This document shows positions 25,388 to 39,639 of a stretch of 64,000 nt of DNA, piece after piece. The notes beneath the pieces were generated by a model that was not told the DNA's origin, did not search any database, and saw only the letters and a program-made list of their open reading frames with translations. Position numbers and translations under genes: made by a program. Origin of the DNA: Eledone cirrhosa. Taxonomy: Eukaryota. Each line of letters begins with the position of its first letter. Within the stretch, counting starts at the first letter, position 1. The stretch is taken from NCBI GenBank assembly GCA_964016885.1, contig OZ024753.1:310001-374000 (forward strand). Direction: 5' to 3'.

Positions 25388-25602
25388 ACAGTAGTAGTAG
25401 TAATAGTAGTAGTAGTAGTAGTAACAGCAGTAGTAGTAACAGTAGTAGTAGTAACAGCAGCAGTAGTAGTAATAGCAGTAACAGTAGTAGTAGCAGTAAC
25501 AGTAGTAGTAGTAGAAGTAGTAGTAATAGCCACAGTAGTAATAGTAGTAGTAGTAGTAACAGCAGCAGTAGTAGTAATAGTAGTAGCAGCAGCAGCAGTA
25601 GT
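25300..25602. repeat. (AGT)n/(AGC)n trinucleotide tract
   Basis: Direct reading of the sequence. Confidence 0.95.
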
Positions 25603-25891
25603 GCTAAGTGGCGGAAATATAGTGGTGTGACTATGTTGGATTTTCCCATTTACCTGTACAGGTTTTCTTATTAATTCACTTATTGTTTATTTATTTATTT
25701 TATGTCAAGTGTTTCGTGGGTAATAGCGTTGTTAAACATTTCAAGTGTCTTGGAATGCTTTTGCGGTCTTGTCGGCAGGACGCAGCCCCAATCCCACAGC
25801 CCTCTCCTTCCCCATTCTTTTGCGACACTAGAATCGTTGCCTTTCCCTTCTTTTTCCGTTTTTATATTTTCTTATTTTACATTCAATTCTT

Positions 25892-26110
25892 TGCGAGATG
25901 GAATGGCTCATCCAGCGAATCTCCCTTACCATCCTCCGGGAAAACGCCTTCTCCATTCTGTCCGCCAGGGCTGTGGGGTGGCCAGCACGTGAGACCCCAT
26001 TTGCTCACTACACGGAGAGATGGGGAGGGCGAGAGAGATAGGGGACGAAGACGATGCGAGTTCGGCTCTTCTGTGTTCGGACACATTGCATCTGTCAAGA
26101 GTGTTCTGAC
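25892..26110 (+). mobile_element. CRE-type non-LTR retrotransposon 3' end fragment
   Basis: EMEWLIQRISLTILRENAFSIL; homologous to 62250-62440. Confidence 0.65.
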
Positions 26111-26521
26111 TGCTTACAATCTAATCTATATGGTTGTCTCTATTTTTTTCTTTTACTATTAAATCGTTTTATTACTGTAAAAAAAAAACCCCCAAACATT
26201 CATTCTCTCTTATATACACATATATATACACCAGGTCCAAACACAAGAGAACCAAACTCCCAATGTCACTGCCTCCGTCTCTCCTGCATCCTCCCCATCT
26301 TGGTTAGAGAAGTTCAGCGGACCAAATGACTGCTTTATTATATTTGCAATGGTACGACAGGTCAGGTGGTCGGTCATTCTGTACAACCCGGAAGGCTTAA
26401 ATATCAGAAGGGATTTTTCTTCTAACTCATCAGTCTATCGCTTTTGTTCTAACTCGTCGATGCGTACAACTTTCGCCGACACACTAACATGCATGCATAA
26501 TATACAAACATAAACACATAG

Positions 26522-26557
<36 letters not shown>

Positions 26558-26561
<4 letters not shown>

Positions 26562-26730
26562 CGAGGGAAATGTGGTAAAGAACCAGATGGACCATAACGC
26601 ACCAAAGTACTCAATACTTAGGGTAGTAGAGTGGGTAATAGGAACAAGTATGACCCCGACGACAGAGCTAGTCCAGAATTAGCCGTCGAAACGGCGTGAG
26701 CTCTGCCGTCGGGGTCATACTTGTTCCTAT
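26558..26730. mobile_element. Family A fold-back copy
   Basis: Same sequence as 3057-3248 with a different inversion point. Confidence 0.75.
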
Positions 26731-26740
26731 ATATATATAT

Positions 26741-26774
<34 letters not shown>

Positions 26775-26853
26775 TGTATCCCGGGTTCAATCGGGGGTAA
26801 CCACAGTAAGTAAGGTGCTCAATACATAGCGGAGTATAAATATTTAATATAGG

Positions 26854-26917
26854 AATGGCTTCTACAGGACTGATGATTTCCTTCGAATGAAACAGGTCTA
26901 GTCATGTAGAAGCCATT
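26854..26917 (+). ncRNA. Minimal hammerhead motif enclosed in a fold-back hairpin
   Basis: CUGAUGA-t-ttc/gaa-t-GAAAC-ag-GUC between aatggcttctaca and tgtagaagccatt. Confidence 0.5.
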
Positions 26918-26958
<41 letters not shown>

Positions 26959-27006
26959 CACATAAGAAACGGAGAATCAGTGGTGCGACGAATTAAAATT
27001 TAATAG

Positions 27007-27099
27007 ACATATTACAATCGTATCTCTGGCGACCAGCTCGAGGCACGATCGATGCAATGATCGAACCTGACTCTGAAATCGCAAGATCATCAGATACGT
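27007..27099 (-). ncRNA. Second copy of the long-stem-II hammerhead (GAAA mutated to GAUA)
   Basis: acgtat-CUGAUGA...gata-cgattg-ta-atatgt; homologous to 22694-22786. Confidence 0.55.
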
Positions 27100-27142
27100 C
27101 TCGATTCTTCGAAGCAGAGTTTCCATATATACATATATGCAT

Positions 27143-27185
<43 letters not shown>

Positions 27186-27190
<5 letters not shown>

Positions 27191-27778
27191 AAGATGAATA
27201 TAAAATGAAAGTGCTTTTTTAAAAAAAAAGGAATTTATTAGGTATTGACATATGTTTCTGTAACAGACGGAATACCTATATATCGCTGCTTGCGTAATCA
27301 TATAATGTTAGCAAGTATTCGATAGCAAATGTATAATCAGTTGACATACACCAAATGACCAGCCCTGTCCATTGTTCAATTGGTCAAGTATAGATTAAAA
27401 TAGGCACTCCCAAAAATTCTTATTTAGATAAAATAAACCATTTACTCATTGTATTCTCATTAGAAACCCTTTATATACTTGTTTAGCAGTAAATTGAATT
27501 ACCATCTGTCATATACTATCCCCTCTCTTCTTCCTCTATTACAACTAATATAAATACTTCAATTTTTCTGATTTTATCCAATTTATCCAAAATCTCTGAA
27601 GAAGTGTCAACTGATTATACATTTGCTATCGAATACTTGCTAACATTATATGATTACGCAAGCAGCGATACATAGGTATTCCGTCTGTTACAGAAACATA
27701 TGTCAATACCTAATAAATTCCTTTTTTTAAATTTCATTTTATATTTTTTTAATTTCATTTTATATTCATCTTTTCTAC
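27186..27778. repeat. Inverted repeat (about 27186-27347/27605-27778), probable Penelope-like terminal region
   Basis: Arms of about 160 bp; CTGAAGA at 27596 and palindromic GAAAC-ATAT-GTC at about 27692. Confidence 0.7.
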
Positions 27779-28207
27779 ATTTTCTCCGGAATATAATTTA
27801 TACTCGTTGAGCAAACCTACACGTCCGCTGTTCATCTCTAACGTAACGATATATTATCACTACATTATTGATAACCTGAAATGTTATATATATATATAGG
27901 GATTGTAATGTCCAGTGGCTGTAGGTTCACCAGAGTGCATATATGCAAATTTAAGGTATCAAAACATATCAAACATGTTTGATATTTGTGCTTCGCAATA
28001 AAAAAGTCCAATGGACGTTTGTCCAGAGCAATAATAATTCAAATTAAAAGATATATATATATATATATATATATATCCAACAACATTCAACGTCAAAGAT
28101 GGCTGAGTTGCAAAATGTCGAGTGCTTTTCATAGTATTACATCATGATTGGCCATACGGAATGGCCAGTTCAATCCAGTGGTGAACCACCAAACTTAAAT
28201 GTGTGTA

Positions 28208-28293
<86 letters not shown>

Positions 28294-28580
28294 CCATATA
28301 TCTAATGAAAAGACACAATATCTTGTATATATACAAAGCACATATTGCAAAGAAAAATAAGTACTATAGATGGAAACAATAACATTCTTTACACCACTAA
28401 TTCATGACCCGTAGTACCGTAACTTAAAAGTAATCAATCATCGATCACCAGCTATCGGTTTTGGTAAAATTATGGGAGGTGCGAATCAATCATCAGAGGA
28501 AATCCGGACATAAACAGGTATATTGTATTATATACTATATTGCAACTGCATATTTTATTTCAAATTATATATTTGGCGAT

Positions 28581-28664
28581 TTCGTCTGATGAGTCCAGAA
28601 TTTGAACCTTACAATATTGGTAACTATAGAGCAATCAGTTTGCAATTGAAACACTAAGTAATGA
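28581..28664 (+). ncRNA. Candidate hammerhead (stem II not convincingly paired)
   Basis: tcgt-CUGAUGA...GAAAC-actaa-GUA-atga. Confidence 0.35.
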
Positions 28665-29115
28665 TACAATATACATTGTAGAACTTCAATAATCATTGCA
28701 ATGTTGATACATACACCAAAAGACAGATCAACAAGTAAAATTTAAAACGAAACGCCACAATTTTTACGAGGAAGTTCATTGTATTTGAAGAGATGTTATC
28801 CCAGGTGGAAGAGTTTCCTACAAGTGAAACATTTCTGGGCGTGTAACTTACCTCCTAAAGAACTTAATCATTGTTGCACTCAACACACTAGAGAGAGAGA
28901 GAGAGAGAGAGAGAGAAAACAGAGAGAGAGAGTGTGTGTGTGTGAGAGAGAGAGAAAACAGAGAGAGAGAGTGTGTGTGTGTGAGAGAGAGAAAGAGAGT
29001 GTGTGTGAGAGAGAGCGAGAGAGAAAGAGAGTGTGTGAGTGTGAGAAAGAGAGAGAGTGTGTGTGTGTGTGTGTGAGAGAGAGCGAGAGAGAAAGAGAGT
29101 GTGTGAGTGTGAGAA

Positions 29116-29431
<316 letters not shown>

Positions 29432-29580
29432 GGTGTGGGAAATGTTGAGGGAACTATCAAAGTACTGAACAGTTCAGAGATATTGTAATTACATTTATGA
29501 AAAGACACGTCTACAAGAACGAATGAAGAGCATATCTTCACCAAGTTCATACCTTCTCCGACCAGACATACATTGATGTA

Positions 29581-29753
29581 CAGTGCCAGATTTACAGTTG
29601 TGTTTAGGTGTGCTTAAGCACAGGGGACAGTTGGGCAGGGGGCGCGAAGAGGCTCATCTTCATGCCAAACATTTTTTTTTTAAAATGTTTTTTACCAAAT
29701 GTTTTTCATAACTTAAATATCACAGGGTTTCATTTGTCCTAAATCCGGCACAG
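29581..29753. mobile_element. Putative MITE (cagtgccagattta...taaatccggcacag)
   Basis: Imperfect TIR; a related left end lies at about 21345. No clear TSD. Confidence 0.5.
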
Positions 29754-30006
29754 ACAGACAATCAGACAGATTTTTTTTTTTCAGTCTGTTCCTGTTTATC
29801 AAGCCCGGGCGGATCTGTTTTTATTAGCATTAAACGGAAAGGATTTCGTTGCAGTATTAACATCCGGCCGGTGGTGGTATTCATTCATTCAGCAAAGTTG
29901 CCTAGAGTAATGTAAAATGAAGCGTCACCCCGAAGGAGACAATGAACCGCCTATAACCTTATTGTCGAGAGCCGAACATCGTAACTACTCTATATGACAT
30001 TATATA

Positions 30007-30048
<42 letters not shown>

Positions 30049-31319
30049 GTAAAATTTTTACATTGGCCCCAAAAATAAAACCGTGTGCCCTGAATGACCC
30101 ACTAGCCATCAGGCAAGCTGGCCAGTCCGCCACTGCACACATATATTTATAGTGAAAGAGAGAGAGAGCGAGAGAAGTGAAAGAGTCATAGATATGTTTA
30201 TGTGTGTATGAATGAATGGGTGTGTGTGTGTGTGAGAGAGAGAGGTGAAAATCCAATTATATTCTTCGTTTCTGTGAAAAAGAAATGAAATTCCAGTATC
30301 GATTTAATGGTTCCTAACCGAAAGGCGCATCAACCTTGTGATATTGTCTCTAGTTTCTTTAGGGAGTAATTAACCAAAAAGGCAAATAAAGATATAAAGA
30401 ACGAAACAAATAATGGTGGATTATTTGAAAGGGTTTATTTCAACATTCTGATATTGTCTCCAGTTTGTTGAGGGGGTTGTTCTAATCTGAAAGTGTACCA
30501 CGATATGAACTGTGTTGCTCTGTATTTGCTGTTATTGGTTTATTACCTTTTGGTTGTTCGGTTCTGTTTAGCAATTTGAATTCAGTGGGAAGTGATATGT
30601 TACATGAAACGAAAAGTTCTAAAAGGCAGGCCTCATAAAGAAGTTGATATTTTGAACGAACTTTTGCGGAAGGACGTGCTTTGAAAGAGGTTGTATGGTG
30701 TTTCCTTTTCTATATAAAATAGAATGTGTGACGCCGTCAGTCTGTTATAAAGGCGAAAGCGGAATCAGAGCAGAACATATGTATTTAAAATACCTGTTTA
30801 TGTTTATTAATGGATATGGAAATATTAGAATACAAACGTATTTTATTCACGTGATATCACCGTGCAAGACATAACAGTGAGTTGGCAGAAATTGAGTTGA
30901 ATCTTCGTCAGTTCCGACGATGCGTGTTCTAATTCTTTCACTAACGAAACAGCCTGTTCGTAGAATTAGCGTGAATGGAGAGTATCATGAAAAAAAAGTG
31001 CCTCAAAACAGTGAGAAATGAGGCAAAATGGGGAGATTTTACATAATGAAAGCTACACCCATTTTCACAAGAGAAGTGGGTGGGAGATTTCCCCGTCCGA
31101 CAGGGAGAGTTGACAGGTCTGGAAATGAGAAAAGGTGGAGAGACCTCTTTAATGGATATCGACGCCGCCTGGCATACGGTAGATACGTTGTTTGATTCTA
31201 ATTTTCATTTCCAAGAGTAATTCAGGCGACTTATTAACTTAACTTATGGTTAATATATGAATTATGGCCGTTTTTCTCAATGCAACAAGAATAAAAGCTA
31301 GTAGCTAAAATATGATAAT

Positions 31320-31855
31320 AATAATTCTTTGTACTTTTGGCACAAAGCCAGCAATTATCCCAGTGCATCACTGGGGCTTTATTTTATCGACCCCGTAAGG
31401 ACGAAAGGCAAAGTTGACCTCGCTGGGATTTGAACCCAGACCGTAAAGGGCAGAAACTCCATGCTTCAAAGTATGGCGCCCGACCCTAATATTAATTGCT
31501 TCTACTTTTGGCACAAGGTCACCAATTATCCCAGTGTATTACTGGTACTTTATTTTATCGACCCCGTAAGGACAAAAGGCAAAGTTAACCACGGCGGGAT
31601 TTGAACCCAGACCGTAAAGGGCCGTAATTCCATGCTGCAAAGCATGACGTCCGACCCTAATAACTGTTTCTTATATAGGCACAAGGCCAGCAATTTTGGC
31701 GGAGGGGAAAGTCGATTAAATCGACCCCAGTGCGTGACTGGTACTTTATTTTATCGACCCCGTAAGGATGAAAAGCAAAGATAACCTCAGCGGGATTTGA
31801 ACTCAGATCATAAAGGACCGTAACTATGCTGCAAAGCATGACGTCCGACCCTAAT
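31320..31855 (-). mobile_element. Three head-to-tail SINE copies
   Basis: Each unit ends (+ strand) at ccgacccta, i.e. the same 5' truncation point. Confidence 0.85.
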
Positions 31856-33677
31856 AACAATATAACTGAGTAATCACGAGGAATATTTCAGAAGCACTTT
31901 CTCACGTATGAACGTACACACACACACACACAAACCGATTAAAAACATATTTTTCCAGAATAAACAATGATTAACAATATAATCGGTCTGACGATGTCTT
32001 CGCCCCCGCACTATGGTACAGAGTCGCCGAGTGCAATAATTAACTATAAAGGAATTTGAAAGAAAGAAAGAAATAACGAACGAAAGAAAAAACAGCAATG
32101 TCAAAGAGATGAAAAGAAAGGAAACTGTAACGATATATCAAACTGACGGAAAGAATGTAGGAAATATAAGGTAAAGAAAGTATTGAATGAAATATATTTT
32201 AATGAATGAGACTCACCTTCAATTGCGTGTTTGCATTATTTATATATATATGTGTGTGTGTATAATATATGTGTGGGCGTGTGTATATATATATATATAT
32301 ATATATGTGTGTCTGTGTATGTATATATGTATATATATATTTATGTGTGTGTGCGTGTGTGTGGGCGTGCGTGTGTGCGCGTGTGTATATACATTGGGTT
32401 GATATAAATATTTGATCACCGAGACAATATATTAAAAAATGCCATCACCGGAACCAACGAAGTTATTTGATACCCACACTTATCACCTGAGAAAGCTCCG
32501 CCCGCTTAACAAATTTTTGATATTCAGACACCTTTGTATGAACTATTTACCTTATCCAATTTTATCTTTTGGACACACCCTTCCTATATAAAGTAAAAGC
32601 TCTCTCTTTCTCCAACTGTTAACTTGAGCCTAACCACCCTCGACTTAGTCTCGACCGATGCTAATCTTTGAACGTAAGTCTTTCAGTTGAATCAACCATA
32701 CAACTAGAATTAACTCTACGCTCAATGAAAATAACATCCAATGCTTTAAACAGCGCTAATCATGGAATCAATCTATACACTTGAGCTAATTCCTACATCT
32801 GATATCTCATGACGTCTCAATCTATCACCTGATCTATCAATTTATGACACACCTGAATTGAATCAAATGACCAGAACCACATGATTTAGATTACCCCAAA
32901 ATAATCATTTGTATCAGTTGAGTCACGTCTAAAACCTTTCAATTTATTTTCATGAATTTGTTTCAAATGTTTAAGCAGAGTTCAGAATGAATTGACTTCG
33001 AAATGTGCTTTTTATTTTATTTTTAATTTCAATTTGAGATAGGGTTTGGAAAATCGATAAATTTTCTAGGTTCTGTCTGTTGATTAAAAAAACAAAACAG
33101 AATTAGTCATCTGACAGGGCCCATTGGAAGGAGTGTTTGAAGACTCTGACCCCACGACCCTCTCAGGAATAAGTGGGCAAAGAACAAGATGGAAAAGAAG
33201 AAGAATTAATCTTATGTACGTCGTGCAAATTATACTGACCATTTCACTATTAGCTGGGGGAGGGAAAATTTGAAAAATTATTAAGATTGGGTAGATTATT
33301 CGAGAGTCGATAATAGCCAGTACTCTACTGTCGAGCAAATTTTCTTCACTTTATTTGTGCTGGTGAATACTTTCACTTTATTTGCAAAAGTAATATTTTC
33401 AAGTTTTTCTCTTTGGAAATTCCTTTATCAGTCGAGAAATCACATCATTTTCAGTTTCGTTAGTCGTTTATTATTATTATTATTATTGGTCTGATCGGAC
33501 GTCTTTTTGCTCGCTCCTGTAAGTCTCTTTATTTACTTGTCATAAATTATTTATTGTTGTGTAAGGGATATAAGCCCTTGGACTTTGCCCTGTGAAGGGG
33601 AAAGTATAATATTTGAACATTTTACTTTTAAAAATTGTCAAAATAAAAACATGGCTGCAAATGCTAATACAAACTGA

Positions 33678-35605
33678 TCAGGAGTGCATCGAGGTCATCC
33701 CAGATATCATAGATATCGAGGAAGGACTCCAACTCCCTATAAGCGTGGAAGGAAAGCGCCGAAAGTGCTATCTCTGTGGGCAAAAGGGTCACCTCAGGGC
33801 CTTTTGCCCGCAGAAGACAGCCAAGAAGAGCCCCCCTCCTTCCGACGCCTGATCCGCAGCTACCAAGAGCAGGGCAGACAACAGAGGCAGAAGACCCTTC
33901 CACGGTGAGTAGGAGGGCAACGTCCGTGGTACCCATACCAAGGCCACAGACAACTAAAACAGCGGTGCAGTGGCGGCAACACCAGTAGCTACATTTGCAG
34001 TAGCTGCACCAGCAGCAAAATCGCCGGAGAGTGCTATACTACCACCACCAACAGCCGTGGAGCACATACCCCTCCCAGACGCCACGGAATTCGACATGAA
34101 GTATAAGGCGGGAGTGAAGTGGCAAACGGTCTGTCACAAAAAAACAAAAACGAAAGATCCCCTTAGCTTCGCCCTCCAAAATCGAAGACAAACAAAGAAG
34201 GGTAAAGGCTGCAAGGCGACTTGCAGCAACGCCACAACCATCACCACCAACAACAACCACACCACCACAAGCATCACCACAAACAGCAACATCGCAAACA
34301 CAACAAAGCACACACACCCAACAGAAACAAAACCACCACCTCCTCCAAAAAGTACACAGCCATAAACACTACACACAAGGGATTAATGGAACATATAAAA
34401 CAGCACACAGATATTTCAGACTCAAATTACCACACCCCACCAACATCAAGAACATTACAATTGTTGAAATTAAACTGGAAGACTATAAACAATCAAAGCA
34501 ACAATTCCCCAACTACGTTGGGGATTTCAGAGGGTCACTCTCCAAGAGAATATATACTGATATCATCTTGGAGACACCCATGACTAGCCGAAGGGTCGGT
34601 TCTACTGTCCCTTCCCCACACGATCAAGGTAAGTGATCCTTTCTCACTTACCCGTTCCTCACCCAGCATGGCCGTACTCAGAATAGGCAGTGTAAATGTA
34701 CGTGGCCTGAGATCATCTTGGTAGCAGGGTCACCTACTCAACGACCTCAGGTCACTAAACATAAATGTGGTGGCCATCAGCGAGACAAGAATCTCCGAAG
34801 CACGAGCTTTCGAACTGATCTTCGGCGGCTACGATGCATACGCATCTCCTAGCCGTCCAGGATCGGGGGGGGGGGGGGAGTTGTGCTTTTCGGAGAGGCT
34901 TAAATCTCGCCATACGGGCCATCTTCCTGGACCCAGAAGGTAAGTCGGTGGTGCTGGACGTGACTGGCAGCGAAGGCAATGCTTTCAGGCTCGTAGCCGT
35001 CTACGCCCCAACAGGGGCAGGGCGACCAGATTTCTTCAACCGTCTAGAGACCTTTCTTGGAACGTCCCGCTCTTTAGTGTTAGTGGGCGACTGGAACGGT
35101 ATCTTAGATGCACGCTGGGATTATGTGGGCTTAGTAGACAGGGGAGGAGGGTGTAAAAGCCTCAACAACCTGCTCAGACGTTTTGAACTGTCTGACAGGT
35201 ATAGACTGGATTATCCGAATGTGCTAATGTGGACACGGGCAAACCGCATCGGGTCATCAAGATCGTATTTAGATAGGGTATTCTGTAGGGAAGGCAGTTT
35301 TCATCTGCCTGGTGGCCATTACGAAAGAGATTGTGTGGTGGACAAGATTGAAAGGGTTGAAGACAGACACTTTCCTCTCCGACCAATCCCTGATTAACTT
35401 TTTCAAGTTTCACTTGAAGAGGAAAATCAGGGTGGAGAGGCAAGTGCTGGCTTCTAGTAAGTTTGTTGAAAGGTGGGTGAAAGTGGCGCGTCTGGTCCTA
35501 GTGAATGGTCCCGCTCTGAGTATGCGCCTGTAGACTGAGGAGTGGGAAAACTGAGAGAGGGCGCTTGCCCTAGTGGTCAGGGTGGCCGTGGTCTTTTGCG
35601 GCCAC
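33678..35605 (+). mobile_element. Tx1/L1-type non-LTR retrotransposon, 5'-truncated and internally deleted
   Basis: ORF1 remnant with CCHC knuckle CYLCGQKGHLRAFC; ORF2 APE domain fused to the ORF2 C-terminal tail; no RT domain. Confidence 0.85.
34668..35533 (+). pseudogene. Disrupted ORF2: AP endonuclease plus C-terminal tail
   Basis: MAVLRIGSVNVRGL..W*...VVAISETR...VYAP...VGDWN...SYLDRVF; stop at 34722; frameshift in poly-G at about 34865-34878; junction at about 35290 into VAITKEIVWWTR...FVERW. Confidence 0.85.
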
Positions 35606-35864
35606 ACTTAATGCAGCAGTATGGTGCACTGCACCCTCTGTCTGCATATATTAAGCAACAATGCATAATCGGCGCATGTGGGTTCATCAGCGGGTATCGC
35701 CTCATCAATAACCAATCGATCGACAGAGTTCAACTCCAGTCCATGACGGCTATGACTATATGTGACGGCCGACAGAGTAAAGTGATTTGCAACTGGAACC
35801 TAATACAACTCCGTCCCCCGAACAACCACCGATTTACAAATTTACGTGGTGGCAGGAGATTAGA

Positions 35865-35938
<74 letters not shown>

Positions 35939-36148
35939 TGAAGTAAATGTTAGGTGGAAATATCCAAGAGTAAGAGCACTCAGTCCATAGGACGAGTTTA
36001 GTGAACAGGATGGATATGAGAGAGACCTGGCTTTGGGTCATTTTTGAGTGACACCGGTTTAACAATTTCACTTGTCAGCTATAATACTGATGTGATGATA
36101 AAATTGGACCTAGGCTTCTCACTGGCAATAACACTCACACACACACAC

Positions 36149-36308
36149 ACAACAGTGACATAAACAGGTACTCAAGTTTCGTTGGGTTCTGGGCCACAAT
36201 TCATTCAGCCTGTCATGTTTTTTTATTTTTTATTTTTCTCATGACAGGCTGAATGAATTAGGGCCCAGAACCCAACGAAACTTGAGTACCTGTTTATGTC
36301 ACTGTTGT
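36149..36308. repeat. Inverted repeat (36149-36217/36240-36308), each arm with a hammerhead-like motif
   Basis: acagg-CUGAAUGA-..ggg/ccc..-GAAAC-ttga-GUA-cctgt at 36244-36293, mirrored on the minus strand. Confidence 0.7.
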
Positions 36309-36310
36309 AA

Positions 36311-36395
<85 letters not shown>

Positions 36396-36495
36396 TATAT
36401 ATATATAAATATATATATATATTAAATATATATATATATAAATATATATATATATTAAATATATATATATATAAATATATATATATATATTAAAT

Positions 36496-36526
<31 letters not shown>

Positions 36527-36611
36527 AATATATATATATATAAATATATATATATATTAAATATATATATATATAAATATATATATATATTAAATATATA
36601 TATATATATAT

Positions 36612-36702
<91 letters not shown>

Positions 36703-36789
36703 TATATATATATAAATATATATATATATATTAAATATATATATATATATAAATATATATATATATAAATATATATATATATATTAAAT

Positions 36790-36820
<31 letters not shown>

Positions 36821-36934
36821 AATATATATATATATAAATATATATATATATTAAATATATATATATATAAATATATATATATATATTAAATATAAATATA
36901 TATATATATATTAAATATATATATATATATATAT

Positions 36935-36999
<65 letters not shown>

Positions 37000-37417
37000 G
37001 TAAAGTTTTTGTCATAATATACATCGTCCTTTTAGGCATAAATTATTCCCTCCCACGAGACCATGAGATTCTAACAGTTGTGTCATTTTGTAATCGAAAG
37101 CTTTAAGTCAGACACCCATGTTTGGAATGCGGAGGTAGAAATCTGACCTCTCCCTGATCTTTCTTCATGATACCTACCCACAACGACTCCTGTTTGTGTC
37201 TGAGAGAAACACATTGCGTGAACAGGCACGCACACACCCATAGATAGATAGATAGATAGAAATATGAATATATATATATATATATACTATATATATATAT
37301 ATTATATATATATATTATATATATATATATATTATATATATATATTACATATATATATATTATATATATATATATATATATTACATATAATGTATAATAA
37401 ACAATACAATATAATTA

Positions 37418-37487
37418 CCTAATTACCAGAGGTTTCCCGAATAAGACGAATACGAAAAAAACGTCCTCATTCGTTCGTCGGACAAGG
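37418..37487 (-). ncRNA. Degenerate hammerhead (CCGACGA core)
   Basis: Long stem II cgaatgaggacg/cgtcttattcg; GAAAC-ctctg-GUA. Confidence 0.45.
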
Positions 37488-37805
37488 CAATATAAGATAT
37501 AGTGAAATATTTGGAAAGTCTCCTTAAGAAATGCAATATATATATATATATATATAAATAAAAGTAATGCAATAAGGAAATATAGTTAGGTGTGTGTATA
37601 TGTATGTATAAACATATATATATTACATATATATATATTATATATATATACAATATATATATATATTACATATATATATATATTTTATATATATATTATA
37701 TATATATATTACATATATATATATATTTTATATATATAATATATATTATATATATATATTACATATATATATATTATATATATATTACATATATATATAT
37801 ATATA

Positions 37806-38851
37806 CTAGCAGTAAAGCCCGGCGTTGCTCGGGGTCGCTCAGTAGCTGTGTTAAAGTTACAATGTTAAGTTTCTTTCTTGGCTTAAAATCTGTAGTGTCT
37901 ACTGTGCAGACTTGCATGTGGTGTTTTTGATTAATATTCCCTCAACCAACAATATGCCTTATGAAGTTAAGAAAACATAACGATAACCCGAATGTTATAA
38001 CAAAAGAGGATGCTGGGGATAGAAACTGCACTGGTTATTTATTAACAAAGATCGAAAATGTAAACACTGCAACGCAGAGAAAAACATTAGCGTAACCAAA
38101 TTATCAGTTATGTCTGTCTGCACGCCTATATCACCTCTCTGCACGACTGTCTGTCTGCACGCCTATATCACCTCTCTGCACGACTGTCTGTCTGCACGCC
38201 TATATCACCTCTCTGCACGACTGTCTGTCTGCACGCCTATATCACCTCTCTGCACGACTGTCTGTCTGCACGCCTATATCACCTCTCTGCACGACTGTCT
38301 GTCTGCACGCCTATATCACCTCTCTGCACGACTGTCTCTCTGCACGCCTATATCACCTCTCTGCACGACTGTCTGTCTGCACGCGTATATCACCTCTCTG
38401 CACGACTGTCTGTCTGCACGCCTAACGACGAAATATTTGCTTGTTTTACGTAGTCTTTAGATAGACTTGTTTTCAAGTAAAAATATTGTTTTAAAATGCT
38501 TTTAAATGGAAATGAAGCAAAACGGAAGCTTAGTGTTCGAACTGATGAATTTTGCAGGTCAATATTTTGCTGGCTTGACAACTGTTAAAGCCAGCGTAAT
38601 TTTTTACGTAAGACGCTCAATGTAAACAGAACAAAGGGAAATAACTGATAACTTACGCTCAAAAATCGATACATTATATTCGATTTCGTCACATAGGGTG
38701 GGTCAATTTGAAATATTTTTTTTCCGATGTCTTCGCTAGGGCTCAATGTACAAGTATAGCAATTTCGGTGCAATTCCGTGAGAGATTCTAAGAGGAGATG
38801 TGTGCCAAAAATCGATAGACAGACAGACAACCACAGTTTTATATATATAGA
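37806..38851 (-). mobile_element. Complete non-autonomous Helitron
   Basis: 5' TCTATATATATAAAA; subterminal (GTCT)n; 3' hairpin cccgagcaacgccggg followed by CTAG; inserted at A|T. Confidence 0.85.
38111..38423. repeat. 37-bp minisatellite (about 8.5 units) inside the Helitron
   Basis: Unit ctgtctgtctgcacgcctatatcacctctctgcacga. Confidence 0.95.
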
Positions 38852-38950
38852 TTACATATATATATATTATATATATATATATATATTACATATATATATT
38901 ATATATATATATATATATTACATATATATATATATTATATATATATATAT

Positions 38951-39062
<112 letters not shown>

Positions 39063-39098
39063 ATATATATTATATATATATATATCTATTATATATAT

Positions 39099-39152
<54 letters not shown>

Positions 39153-39268
39153 ATATTATATATATATATATATATTAATATATATATATATATATTATAT
39201 ATATATATATATATTAATATATATATATATATATTATATATATATATATTATATATATATATATATAT

Positions 39269-39300
<32 letters not shown>

Positions 39301-39639
39301 ATATTATATATATATATATATTATAATATATATATAATATTATATATATATATATATTATATATATATATATATATTATATATATATATATTATATATAT
39401 ATATATATATTATATATATATATATAGGAAACAAGTAAGACCCCGACGGCTTACTTGTTCCTATTACCCACTCTACTACCCTAAGTATTGAGTACTGTGG
39501 GTGCGTTATGGTCCACCGCTTTTCGTTTCTGTGTCTTTTATATCGGTAATCTAATTTATTCGGGCCTCAATGTTGCCATTGACTGACCGACGGTCAAAAA
39601 TCATACAGATACAATATAGACACAAACACATATATATAG

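Noticed and set aside
32420-32900. Possible solo LTR (TATA-like cctatataaag followed by a pyrimidine tract)
   Set aside because: No clear TG...CA ends, TSD or second copy in the window.
35640-35695. CTGATGA on the minus strand near the Tx1 3' end
   Set aside because: No downstream GAAA or stem III.
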